The notes under the pieces: model-generated
The model's input: only the letters and a program-made list of their open reading frames with translations
Databases searched by the model: none
Told to the model about the DNA's origin: nothing
Source of the DNA: Candidatus Levyibacteriota bacterium
GTDB taxonomy: Bacteria; Patescibacteriota; Microgenomatia; Levybacterales; UBA12049
DNA length: 58,522 nucleotides
Direction: 5' to 3'
Assembly (NCBI GenBank): GCA_029260965.1
Contig: JAJDCG010000002.1
Span: 1-58,522 of the forward strand
Part shown: piece by piece, positions 16,608-26,125 of the stretch
Position numbering within the stretch: the stretch's first letter is position 1
Layout: each line of letters begins with the position of its first letter
Translations under genes and position numbers: made by a program

Positions 16608-17667
16608 GTTGTGGGACCGTCAGGGAAGATATTCTATCTTTGTAGTATTCAAAAATTATGTTCAATTCTGCTGCGGTTTGGTCATGGTCTCCAAAATGAA
16701 TTTCGCCTTTGTCTAACTGGCGAATTAAGTTTCCGATGTATCCATATAGATTTGTTTTGGTATCTTGAGTTGCATCCCCATTGAGTATTGCATCAAGCGC
16801 GTTTTTTGCAGTCTGCAAATCCTTTTTTTTGTCACGGTCTTTATCCGGTGTGCTTTCTAGACCTGCTTCAATGATAGGTTTGAAATAATTAAAATCAAAT
16901 ATTTTGCCATCGTCATTGAATAATCTATCTGATAGATAAAGGATGCGTTCAAGGTCATCATCGGGAGAATCTGGCTCAAAAAATTTGTCGCGGAGCTCTC
17001 TTAACGCACTTTCCAATTTAATGTTTTTAGGTTCTCTTTCTCTGGCTGCTTTTCTTGCCTCTGCAGCTGCAAGAGCAGACAAGCTGTTTTTATCAGGAAA
17101 CAATACATCAAAATCTGCTAAAAATCTACTCATAACTTTGTAATCTAAAGAGTTTTTTGTATTTTCATCTGGTCCTAATTCATCAACTGTTTTTTGATAA
17201 CTAACCCTATTTAGAAGAGTAGTTAAATGATTCATTATCAAACTTTTTATAATTGATCGGTCTGAGGCAGGAATATAATCAACATTGCCCATTGTATATT
17301 GCTCAAGATTGCCCTGTGTTTTTAATAATGATTTAATTGCATGATCAACATAAAACTTTTGGTATTCATTGTCTGTTTTTGATGGTATAGTTTTCAAATC
17401 TTCAATACCGGCTTGTAAAATTGGCAGAAAATCCTCAGTAGTAATACTATTTAACTTTTTTTCAATTTGTTTTTCTTTTTCTTCCGAGGTTTTAGATTCA
17501 TCTATTTTCAGAAAAATATCAAGTGCTCTATCAGTGCTCTGAGTAGGATGTCTGATGGGAAACAAATTTTTAATTATTTGATCTACTTTTACTTCAGAAA
17601 GTGGTTTTTCTTTACTTTTATCGGCAATATCGCTCAAATCTAATTCTCCAAATCCTGTCTCGCTCAT
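16594..17667 (-). CDS. Hypothetical protein (357 aa, acidic, helical, orphan)
   Basis: Long ORF with an ATG start and no recognisable motif. Confidence 0.75.
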   Translation of the reverse strand: MSETGFGELDLSDIADKSKEKPLSEVKVDQIIKNLFPIRHPTQSTDRALDIFLKIDESKTSEEKEKQIEKKLNSITTEDFLPILQAGIEDLKTIPSKTDNEYQKFYVDHAIKSLLKTQGNLEQYTMGNVDYIPASDRSIIKSLIMNHLTTLLNRVSYQKTVDELGPDENTKNSLDYKVMSRFLADFDVLFPDKNSLSALAAAEARKAAREREPKNIKLESALRELRDKFFEPDSPDDDLERILYLSDRLFNDDGKIFDFNYFKPIIEAGLESTPDKDRDKKKDLQTAKNALDAILNGDATQDTKTNLYGYIGNLIRQLDKGEIHFGDHDQTAAELNIIFEYYKDRISSLTVPQPKSA

Positions 17668-17713
17668 AATTAGAGACTATCGGGTTTTGGGATTTTTCGC
17701 AAGAGAGTAATTT

Positions 17714-18277
17714 TTAATTTGGGAGTTTGTATTTTACTTTTATGTCATTTCTGCCTATACGTATATCGCGAGGGTTAATTTCTGTAAAACCAAATGCAGA
17801 AGCGATTCTAGTAATGCTAATTGAACTCAGTGCCTCAAGTTCGCTTTTTCCTGCTGCTATCTCAGCACTTATTAGTTTATAAAATTGTTCCTCATGGAGA
17901 AAAGTTGCCTCAAATGTATTGATTTCGAAATTTTGTATTTTAAAATATTTTAAAGCTGTTGCTATAAATTCTCTAGGATGTAAGTCTGGGTGTGTGCCTG
18001 ATTGCGAAAAACCCTTAGGTTTCTTAGCTACTATTCGAGTATAAAGAGAAAAATTAATACTTTTATCAGCGGGTCTAATTCGTGCACTCAAAAAAAATGC
18101 AGGTTCTTTAATGTCTTTGAGTGTTATATAATTTTCTCCTATGGAGCACTCCAGTTTCCGTCCTGTTCTTCCGGTAATAATTTCGTTTGAGGCTTTGAGA
18201 TTATGAAGTCTTAAAATTCTTTCCAACAAGTCTTCAGTTGGTTTCTCTCGTTCACCCATGGTCATGTAGTTTAACAT
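17714..18277 (-). CDS. Hypothetical protein (start may be ATG 18265 or 18259)
   Basis: Long ORF with no confident family assignment. Confidence 0.7.
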   Translation of the reverse strand: MLNYMTMGEREKPTEDLLERILRLHNLKASNEIITGRTGRKLECSIGENYITLKDIKEPAFFLSARIRPADKSINFSLYTRIVAKKPKGFSQSGTHPDLHPREFIATALKYFKIQNFEINTFEATFLHEEQFYKLISAEIAAGKSELEALSSISITRIASAFGFTEINPRDIRIGRNDIKVKYKLPN

Positions 18278-18341
18278 AAAATACTTAATGGAGATATTTC
18301 GGTTTTGAAGACATGTCTAAAGATGTTATAATGAATCTCTT

Positions 18342-19523
18342 ATGTTGACTGGACTTATCTTTCTTCTAATATTATCAGTACTTGTTCTTATTCATGAGGC
18401 GGGGCATTTTTTTGTGGCCAAAAAATTAGGAATCAGGGTTGAGGAGTTTGGCTTTGGGCTACCACTGACAAAGGCTCTCTTTTCTGTTAAAAAGGGTGAG
18501 ACAACATATTCTTTCTATCCTGCGCTCATTGGTGGGTTTGTAAAAGTTTACGGTGAGGATGAGGCAGGAGCAGGACGGATAAAAATAAGCAATAAGCAAC
18601 AAGCAATAAGCAAAAAAGACGAGAAACGGGCGTTTTTTAGTCGCCCACTTTGGCAGAGATTTTCTGTAATTTTTGCAGGGGTTCTGATGAATACATTTCT
18701 TGCTGTTGTGATTTATTACGTATTTCTTGGTATCTCAGGGTTTAGAACAGAGCTCCCGCTTTTGGGGGATCATCAGTTTTTTGCAGTGAATCAGGAAAAC
18801 AAAGCAGACATTATTTTTCGTCAGGTGGTTGCTGGATCTCCAGCTGCAGATGCAGGGATTACTCCTTTTTCAAAGCTAATTTCTGTCAATGGTCAAGAGA
18901 TCTTAAGTGTTGATCAGTTTACAGAATTGATTGATTCAAACAAAGGAAGCGAGCTCACTATTGCATGGCAAAATACTGAGACAGGGAGAGAATTTAGTCA
19001 GGAGCTGACACCACGCATTGATCCACCAGAGGGAGAGGGCGCACTCGGAGTTGTCTTTTTCCCAATAAGCACAGCTGTGCTTGACTATACAGATCCTGTA
19101 GATAAAGTTTTTTCAGGTTTTACTCATCCAGCCAACTTGATGGTTTACAATTTCAAGATCATAGGGCAATTGATTGACATTTCGGTCAAAGAAGGTACGG
19201 CAGAGCCAATCAGCCAGGGTGTATCAGGTCCTATTGGTATTTACTCAGTTGTTGGTGAGGTTTTAAGCATTCCTGATATGAAGGAAAGAGTGTTGCAGGT
19301 TCTCAATCTAGCAGGATTGCTATCCATCTCACTTGCCTTTTTCAACGTTTTACCAATTCCAGGTCTTGATGGAGGACGGCTTTTCTTTTTAGGAGTTGAG
19401 GCAGTAACTAGAAAAAAGCTAAATCCCAAATTTGAAGCCTATGCCAATGCTATTGGTATGGCGGTGTTGATTGCTCTGATTGTTGTGGTAACATTTAAGG
19501 ATATCTTCCAGCTTTTTGGGTAA
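18342..19523 (+). CDS. rseP: Site-2 (M50) intramembrane zinc metalloprotease with PDZ domain
   Basis: IHEAGH, FGFG, a PDZ region (VVAGSPAADAGI), GVSGPIGI and NVLPIPGLDGG. Confidence 0.95.
   Translation: MLTGLIFLLILSVLVLIHEAGHFFVAKKLGIRVEEFGFGLPLTKALFSVKKGETTYSFYPALIGGFVKVYGEDEAGAGRIKISNKQQAISKKDEKRAFFSRPLWQRFSVIFAGVLMNTFLAVVIYYVFLGISGFRTELPLLGDHQFFAVNQENKADIIFRQVVAGSPAADAGITPFSKLISVNGQEILSVDQFTELIDSNKGSELTIAWQNTETGREFSQELTPRIDPPEGEGALGVVFFPISTAVLDYTDPVDKVFSGFTHPANLMVYNFKIIGQLIDISVKEGTAEPISQGVSGPIGIYSVVGEVLSIPDMKERVLQVLNLAGLLSISLAFFNVLPIPGLDGGRLFFLGVEAVTRKKLNPKFEAYANAIGMAVLIALIVVVTFKDIFQLFG
18584..18611 (+). repeat. In-frame heptamer repeat inside rseP
   Basis: AATAAGC AATAAGC AACAAGC AATAAGC, within the segment encoding ISNKQQAIS. 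Confidence 0.88.
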
Positions 19524-19524
19524 T

Positions 19525-20244
19525 ATGTCAGATGACTTCAACAAAGTTTTCCAACGTGGAGTTAGTATCATCAATGTTGCTGATCAAGCTCAAGGAATAG
19601 AATTGGCTTTTAAGATATTGTGTGAGAGGGTGGATAAAAAAACAGCACTTTTTCTCTCAGGCGGATCAACTCCCAAAGATCTTTATGAAAAAATAGCTCA
19701 AAAAAAGAGGATCATTCCTGGTGCGATTGCGCAAATTGATGAACGGTTCGGTCAGCCATATCACACAAACAGCAATCAGTTGATGATAAAAAATACAGGA
19801 CTTGAGAAGTATGCCAACATGTCTGGTGTACCAGCATACTGGATTCTTGATGACAGAAGTCGGGTAGAAACAGCAAAGGTTTATGATACCTTGGTGAGAA
19901 AGCTTTTTGGTATTTTCACCAAAAATATAGGTATATTCGGGATTGGTGAGGACGGACACACTGCTGGAATACCCTCCAGGAAAATCTCCAGTTTTAAATA
20001 TGACACAAACAAGCTGGTAACAGATTATGATGATAAGTCAGGCGGGTATGGAGAACGAGTCACCATGACTTTTGCAGCGCTTGAAAAGTTGGATTTATTA
20101 ATAATTTTGGTTTTTGGAAACTCTAAAAGACAGGCACTTTTACAAATGTTTGAGGATGGTTCTGAGATCGAAATCCCTGCAAGGTTTTATACACGAGCTG
20201 ATATTGCGAAAAAGACGCTTTTAATAACTGACCAAACAATATAA
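19525..20244 (+). CDS. pgl: 6-phosphogluconolactonase
   Basis: LSGGSTP, DER, GIGEDGHTAG, RVTMT and FGNSK. First gene of pgl-zwf-gnd. Confidence 0.85.
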   Translation: MSDDFNKVFQRGVSIINVADQAQGIELAFKILCERVDKKTALFLSGGSTPKDLYEKIAQKKRIIPGAIAQIDERFGQPYHTNSNQLMIKNTGLEKYANMSGVPAYWILDDRSRVETAKVYDTLVRKLFGIFTKNIGIFGIGEDGHTAGIPSRKISSFKYDTNKLVTDYDDKSGGYGERVTMTFAALEKLDLLIILVFGNSKRQALLQMFEDGSEIEIPARFYTRADIAKKTLLITDQTI

Positions 20245-20254
20245 AATAGATTTT

Positions 20255-21715
20255 ATGCATGAGAAGTCTCCGTTTGTAATTGTAATCTTCGGCGCTACAG
20301 GTGATTTGGCAAAAAGCAAATTAATCCCTGCACTTTTTTCACTCTATAAAAAACAACAACTCAGCAAAGATTTTCATATAGTTGGTTTTGCTCGACGAAA
20401 TTTTACAAATGAGGAGTATGCTCACACACTGGGGGAGGAGATGGAAACGCATGGGGATCCAGGGTGGGCAGATTTTTCAAAAAGGATTTCTTATCAGAAA
20501 GGGCTTTTTGAGGAAAAAGATGGATATGACGAGCTGACAAAAAGATTAAACAAAATAGATGAGGAGATGGGGGCGTGCATCACTCGTATTTATTATCTGG
20601 CAACACCACCAAATTATTATATTTCAATACTTGACCATCTGAAAAAAACAAAACTATCTGAGGGCTGTGCATCAAAAGTCGCCAAAAAAGATGGAAAGAA
20701 ATGGACAAGACTTGCGATCGAAAAACCATTTGGGCGGGATCTTGAGACAGCAAAAGAGCTTGACAAAAAACTTTCTGAGATTTTTGATGAGGAACAGATT
20801 TATAGAGTAGATCACTATCTTGGAAAAGAGACAGTTCAGAATATGATAGCCTTTAGATTCGCAAATAATATATTTGAGCCTATTTGGAGTAAAGATTACA
20901 TAGATCACATTCAGATTACTTTTGCAGAAGAAGAGGGAGTGCGGACAAGGGGTAAATTTTTTGATGGTGTCGGCATTCTACGTGATGTGGGGCAAAACCA
21001 CTTACTTCAGATACTGGCAACTGTTGCCATGGAGCAGCCGATGTCTTTTTCCAAAGAGGGAGTGAGAGATGCCAGAGCCAAAGCAATAAAAGCAATTCGT
21101 CCCATAAATCCCAGTGAAGTTTCAAAATACGTTGTCAGAGGTCAATATGAAGGATATCAACTAGAAAACGGTATTGTAGAAAATTCACGCACAGAAACAT
21201 TTACGGCGATGAAGCTTTTTGTTGATACGCCACGGTTTGAGGATGTGCCTTTTTACGTCAGGATTGGCAAAAAAATGCCAAAAGAGATGATGGAGATATC
21301 AATTGTTTTTAAACAAACCTGTCATTTGCTTTTCAAGGAATACGGCTGTCCTGAGATAGGAAATGTACTTACTATCAGAATCCAACCAGATGAGGGAATC
21401 AAGATGCGTTTTATTGCCAAAAATCCAGGCAGTAGAGTAGCACTTGGCGCGGTTGATATGAATTTTTCTTATCACCAGACATATGGAAATCACGGTTCTG
21501 ATGCCTATGAAAAGCTGTTGATGGACATACACGATGGAGATCAGATGCTTTTTAACAGATCAGATGAGCTCGAAAGCTCATGGGGGCTTATTACCAATAT
21601 CCTAAAAAATTGGGAAAAAGAAGGAGATGGACTGCATGTTTACGAAAAAGGAACATGGGGACCTGTTGAAGCGAGTGTTTTGATTGAAAAAGACAGTAGA
21701 AAATGGATACAATAA
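20255..21715 (+). CDS. zwf: Glucose-6-phosphate 1-dehydrogenase
   Basis: IFGATGDLA, IEKPFG, YRVDHYLGKE, RDVGQNH and IRIQPDEG. Confidence 0.98.
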   Translation: MHEKSPFVIVIFGATGDLAKSKLIPALFSLYKKQQLSKDFHIVGFARRNFTNEEYAHTLGEEMETHGDPGWADFSKRISYQKGLFEEKDGYDELTKRLNKIDEEMGACITRIYYLATPPNYYISILDHLKKTKLSEGCASKVAKKDGKKWTRLAIEKPFGRDLETAKELDKKLSEIFDEEQIYRVDHYLGKETVQNMIAFRFANNIFEPIWSKDYIDHIQITFAEEEGVRTRGKFFDGVGILRDVGQNHLLQILATVAMEQPMSFSKEGVRDARAKAIKAIRPINPSEVSKYVVRGQYEGYQLENGIVENSRTETFTAMKLFVDTPRFEDVPFYVRIGKKMPKEMMEISIVFKQTCHLLFKEYGCPEIGNVLTIRIQPDEGIKMRFIAKNPGSRVALGAVDMNFSYHQTYGNHGSDAYEKLLMDIHDGDQMLFNRSDELESSWGLITNILKNWEKEGDGLHVYEKGTWGPVEASVLIEKDSRKWIQ

Positions 21716-21719
21716 GTAT

Positions 21720-22646
21720 ATGAAGATTGCTGTACTGGGACTAGGGCGAATGGGCCGACTTATCGTTGACAAGCTTCTTGATGGAGGTCATTCTGTGGTT
21801 GCCTGGAATAGATCTTTAGATTCTCTGGAGAAGATAAGTCTGGAGAAGAAAGATCTTGTGGAAAAGGGTGTACTTCAAACAACACAAAATTTGGAAGACT
21901 TAAAAAAATTACTTGATTCACCCAGAATTGTTTGGTCTATGCTTCCATCTGGTGAAGTGACAGAGACTGTGCTTGATACAGTCTCAGGATTTTGGGAAAA
22001 GGGGGATATTCTAATCGATGGTGGGAATTCACACTTTAAAGATACAGAAAAACGTTCGAAGCAATTTGAGACAAAGGGAATAAAATTCATGGGTATTGGT
22101 GTATCAGGTGGAGTTCATGCCAAAAAAAACGGATGTTGCATTATGGTGGGTGGATCTAGAGAGACTTATGAATATTTGAGGCCAGTATTGGATACTCTTG
22201 CAAGCCCGCATGGAACACATACGTATTTTGGTCCAGGTGGAGCAGGCCATTTTGTAAAAATGGTTCATAATGGAATTGAATATGGAATGATGCAGGCGAT
22301 TGCGGAGGGTTTTGGAGTCTTAAAAAAGTCAGATTATGACGTTGATCTGAAAGAAGTTGCCAGGAATTATCAGAGGGGAAGCATTGTCTCAAGTTTTTTA
22401 ATAGATTGTGTGGAGAGTGCTTTTGAAAAGGATGGTAATCTATCAGATACGTCTGGGGTGATTGGTGCAAATGGTGAAGGGAAGTGGACAGTAGAAACTG
22501 CAAAAGAGCTGGGTGTTCCTGCACCTGTTATTGAAAATTCGTTAAAGTTCCGTGATGATTCAGCAACAGATCCACAGATAAAAGACAGTTTTACAGCAAA
22601 GGTAGTGCAAGCGATGAGGTTTGAATTTGGTGGCCACAAAAAGTAG
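21720..22646 (+). CDS. gnd: 6-phosphogluconate dehydrogenase (decarboxylating), short YqeC-type
   Basis: GLGRMG, IDGGNS, GVSGG and AGHFVKMVHNGIEYG. Confidence 0.95.
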   Translation: MKIAVLGLGRMGRLIVDKLLDGGHSVVAWNRSLDSLEKISLEKKDLVEKGVLQTTQNLEDLKKLLDSPRIVWSMLPSGEVTETVLDTVSGFWEKGDILIDGGNSHFKDTEKRSKQFETKGIKFMGIGVSGGVHAKKNGCCIMVGGSRETYEYLRPVLDTLASPHGTHTYFGPGGAGHFVKMVHNGIEYGMMQAIAEGFGVLKKSDYDVDLKEVARNYQRGSIVSSFLIDCVESAFEKDGNLSDTSGVIGANGEGKWTVETAKELGVPAPVIENSLKFRDDSATDPQIKDSFTAKVVQAMRFEFGGHKK

Positions 22647-23924
22647 TTATTTTATCAGTTTTTGTAGAGCTGTGAGATAGGATGCCTCTTTGAGACCGGT
22701 TTTATTTTTTGTAGAAACTTTCCAGGTGTTTTCAAAAGCTTTTTCCATGATGTCGGTAAGTCTTTTGAGAACATCTGCTTTTTTATATGTATCATTTTTG
22801 ATGTTTTGCTCCCACTCTAGATAGCTGGCAGCTACCCCACCTGAATTAGCAAGCACGTCAGGGACAATGGTAACACCTTTTTTCTCAAGAAATCTGTAAG
22901 CGTATGGTGTGATGGGATTGTTTGCCATTTCAATTATTATTTTTGCTTTTATGTGTTGCATATTGCTTTCATTTATAACTCCACCTAGTGCTGCAGGAAC
23001 CAGCACGTCAACAGGTAGTTCTAGTAGTGATTTGTTGCTGATCATCCTACCGCCTCTGGTGTCACAAACTCCTCCTGCGCAATAACAACCTGCTAGAGTT
23101 CCTTTTTCCTGTTTGCACTCAAAAACAAGTGGGATATCAAGCGGCAGTAATTCGCCATTTGTTTGTTTGATAACTCCTCCCTGGGAATCTGAAACAGCAA
23201 CAATTTGAAATCCTTTTTCTGATGCAAAGTTTGCAAAATTATACCCGACATTTCCAAATCCCATCACTGCAACAGTTATTTCTCGTGGTTTCATTTTGAG
23301 TTTTTCAGCGATTTTTCCCAGCACTACCGCGCCACCAAAACCCGTTGCGACATTACGGCCGTCAAGTCCGTGTTTGCCCTTGCCGGTAAATGTTGCATAT
23401 GCTTTGTGATCAACGTGTGTGGGATTGTGTTTTTTTGAGAGTCTGACGTATTCATCAGCCATCCAGTCCAGGATCTGGGGATTGGTGTTTACGTCAGGTG
23501 CGGGTATGTCTATGTCGTGTCCAAGTACATGATGGATCTTGCGGACATATTCACGTGCTAGTTCTTCCAATTGGATTGCTGTCAGAGATTTTGGATCTAC
23601 AACGACTCCACCTTTGCCACCGCCAAATTTGACTCCGATTAGAGCTGTTTTGAGAGACATCAGAAGGGAAAGGGTTATTACCTCATCCCGTGTTACTTCT
23701 GGGTGAAATCGAAGCCCTCCTTTGTATGGTCCAAGTGTATTGTCATGTTGAGCCCTATAACCTTTGAAATTTACGATTTCTTCATCAATTTTTATAGGTA
23801 GCGTTACTTCAATAACACGATCTGGTTGAAGAAATGTCTCTACCTTATCAAGGGGGAGGTTGTATTTGGCTGCTATTTCTACAATGTCTTGTTCGATTTT
23901 GTTATATGTGTTTTGATCTGCCAT
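22647..23924 (-). CDS. gdhA: Glu/Leu/Phe/Val dehydrogenase, glutamate dehydrogenase-like
   Basis: GPYKGGLRFH, GGGKGG, DIPAPDVNT, GFGNVG and PDVLANSGGV. Confidence 0.9.
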   Translation of the reverse strand: MADQNTYNKIEQDIVEIAAKYNLPLDKVETFLQPDRVIEVTLPIKIDEEIVNFKGYRAQHDNTLGPYKGGLRFHPEVTRDEVITLSLLMSLKTALIGVKFGGGKGGVVVDPKSLTAIQLEELAREYVRKIHHVLGHDIDIPAPDVNTNPQILDWMADEYVRLSKKHNPTHVDHKAYATFTGKGKHGLDGRNVATGFGGAVVLGKIAEKLKMKPREITVAVMGFGNVGYNFANFASEKGFQIVAVSDSQGGVIKQTNGELLPLDIPLVFECKQEKGTLAGCYCAGGVCDTRGGRMISNKSLLELPVDVLVPAALGGVINESNMQHIKAKIIIEMANNPITPYAYRFLEKKGVTIVPDVLANSGGVAASYLEWEQNIKNDTYKKADVLKRLTDIMEKAFENTWKVSTKNKTGLKEASYLTALQKLIK

Positions 23925-24156
23925 GGGTTTTTAATCCTTGAAATAGTATAGCATAGTACAATTAGCATTGAATAATGCAGATTCTCCAGATAATAAAATC
24001 CGTTGACCACCACGAAGTCGAACAGAAAAGTCGACGCCGCCTAAGTTCTTCTAACTAAAAGTGCCCCAAAATTACTTTGAAAGTCTTCAAATAAATTTGA
24101 ATATTAAATATTGTTGTAGTTATGAGAATGTACTATAATACATGACCATAACCACG

Positions 24157-26088
24157 ATGGCTATAGAATTTAATCGACTGCCTCAGGATGAAGAAAAAAC
24201 TGATGTGTTTAAACCGCGGGCAGTAGCTCCCGTAGAATTTACCACACCTCCTCTTGACAGCAGGAAGAGTTCGGTTCGTAAGCTTTCGCCTGAGGAGTTT
24301 GATGCAAGGAACAGAACTGTTTTAGAAAACTCTTTATTGCCAGGCAGAGTGGCATACTCCCTTACAGGAAGGAGAGATCCCGATCTCAAACAAGTTGGAT
24401 TTCTTGGATTAATCAAGGCTGCCGATAGATTTGATAAAACTCGAGGAGTCCCATTTGAAAACTATGCAGAACGACGCATAAGATGGGAAATCCTGGACTA
24501 CTTTAGAGAGAACAAGCCAGGAGGAGTTAAAGTTTCAAGAGTAGATCAGGAAAGGGTTCAAAAATTAGATGAAGAGGTCCATAGATTAGGAAGAGAGTTG
24601 ACAGTAAGTGAAGCTGCTGCACTTCTGAAGATTTCCAAAAAAAGAGTAAAGAAGGTACCACAGGCTCATGATGCTCGAAAACTTGTCTATTTAGACGGAT
24701 TTATAGAAGACGATGGTGATAGCTGTAATGGAAGTTTTGAGCTCGTAGATTCCAAACAAGACCCAGGAGCGGAAGTGGTAGATAGGATTGCGTTGAGCGA
24801 GGCATTGCGAACATTGGCTGAGGAAGAAAGAGATATACTAATGGCATTTTTTTACGAACATAAAAAGACATCTGAAATTGCTCTAGAGATAGGTAAAAGT
24901 GAGGCGCGCGTTTCTCAACTCAAAAAACAAGCGCTTAGTAAAATGAGGAAGAATTTAGAAAGGACAACAACCCCCTTATTTCCGAAGAGTACAGCATCTG
25001 AAGCTCTGAATGGGATTAAAAGCGGAGCGAGGCAAGCAGAAAATGTAAAAAAGAAAAAAGCTCTTAAGAGAGGGAAGAGGTTTGAAGAAGAATTGAGAGA
25101 AAAACTTAGCACAGACAGGAGAGCAGTAGTTCAGGCAATTCAGCAGCTGTCCCCGCGTGAGAACAGGGTATTAGTTATGTGGCTAGAGGGTAAAAGTTAT
25201 GCGGATATTGGAAAAGCATTGAGCATGCATCCTGGCAGCACTTCAATAATAGTAAAGAGAGCAATAGATTATCTGAAGAATGCAAATAATGTTAATGCGA
25301 TAGGGGAGCTTGGTAACAAAACTAGAAAAAAGAGAATATCTAGATCAAGATTGTCCGCAGAAGACAGGAAGGCTAAAGCTCGCGAATATCAAAAAAAGTT
25401 ATATAAGGAAAAAGAAATAGCAAAAATAGTTGAAGGTGAGGGAGAGCCAGCGACTGAAGGAATAATATTTTTGGATCGGTATGTTGCACAAGAAGCATCA
25501 ATAGCTGATCCCAAGGTTGATGTTGAAACTACAGTAGTAGACCGATTGGCATTGCGTAATGCGATAAAGATATTGCCTGATGATCAAAGAAGGGCAATAT
25601 TCCTAAAATTTTATGAAGGATTTACTCAAGCAGAAATTGGTAGGGAAATGGGGGTAGCGGAGGGGAGTGTCTCAAATATTCTTAAAAGAGCAATCAGTAA
25701 TATAGGTGTAATTTGGGATTTGGAACAGCAAGAACCAATGCAGGGTATTAAAAAATCAAAGAAAGAGTTTTCGCCCGAAGTAAGAGCCAAAGAGGCAGGA
25801 AGTAAAATTAAAGAGATAACCCCACCGCAAGCAACGGATAGAGGCTCCCAAGTAAAGGAAAAGCGAACAAGGTTTTTGGAAGAGATTAATTCTTGGGGGC
25901 AGGTTAATTCGGATGAAGAAAGAGCGGAATTGCTTAGGGGTTTGCTTGAGATGCCGGATTTGCCTTTGCCCTCTGATAAAATAAGAGTAGTTCGTAAATA
26001 TCTAAAAGAAGATAGGCCTCGTCTGGCTGAAAATATGTTGAAAGATTTTTTGAATGCGCCCATACGTAGTAAAAAGAATTTGACATAA
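24157..26088 (+). CDS. sigma70-family (group 3, FliA/SigB/F-like) sigma factor with two additional sigma4-like HTH domains
   Basis: Region 2 (GFLGLIKAADRFDKTRGVPFENYAERRIRWEILDYFRE), region 3 (RELTVSEAAALL), and three region-4 HTHs at aa ~218-270, ~329-378 and ~470-521 of the track ORF. ATG 24142 lies only 2 nt after TATAAT, so ATG 24157 is preferred. Confidence 0.85.
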   Translation: MAIEFNRLPQDEEKTDVFKPRAVAPVEFTTPPLDSRKSSVRKLSPEEFDARNRTVLENSLLPGRVAYSLTGRRDPDLKQVGFLGLIKAADRFDKTRGVPFENYAERRIRWEILDYFRENKPGGVKVSRVDQERVQKLDEEVHRLGRELTVSEAAALLKISKKRVKKVPQAHDARKLVYLDGFIEDDGDSCNGSFELVDSKQDPGAEVVDRIALSEALRTLAEEERDILMAFFYEHKKTSEIALEIGKSEARVSQLKKQALSKMRKNLERTTTPLFPKSTASEALNGIKSGARQAENVKKKKALKRGKRFEEELREKLSTDRRAVVQAIQQLSPRENRVLVMWLEGKSYADIGKALSMHPGSTSIIVKRAIDYLKNANNVNAIGELGNKTRKKRISRSRLSAEDRKAKAREYQKKLYKEKEIAKIVEGEGEPATEGIIFLDRYVAQEASIADPKVDVETTVVDRLALRNAIKILPDDQRRAIFLKFYEGFTQAEIGREMGVAEGSVSNILKRAISNIGVIWDLEQQEPMQGIKKSKKEFSPEVRAKEAGSKIKEITPPQATDRGSQVKEKRTRFLEEINSWGQVNSDEERAELLRGLLEMPDLPLPSDKIRVVRKYLKEDRPRLAENMLKDFLNAPIRSKKNLT

Positions 26089-26107
26089 AACCTTTTTGTG
26101 CTATTAT
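26080..26107 (+). promoter_or_regulatory. sigma70-type promoter of the T-box/proS transcript
   Basis: TTGACA-N16-TATTAT with a TG extension. The -35 box overlaps the last codons of the sigma gene. Confidence 0.7.
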
Positions 26108-26125
26108 AAATTATAAAGCGCCTGA

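Noticed and set aside
24001-24050. GC-rich patch with a GTCGA/TCGAC hairpin between gdh and the sigma gene
   Set aside because: It does not match c-di-GMP or other riboswitch cores I know and has only one short stem, too little to call.
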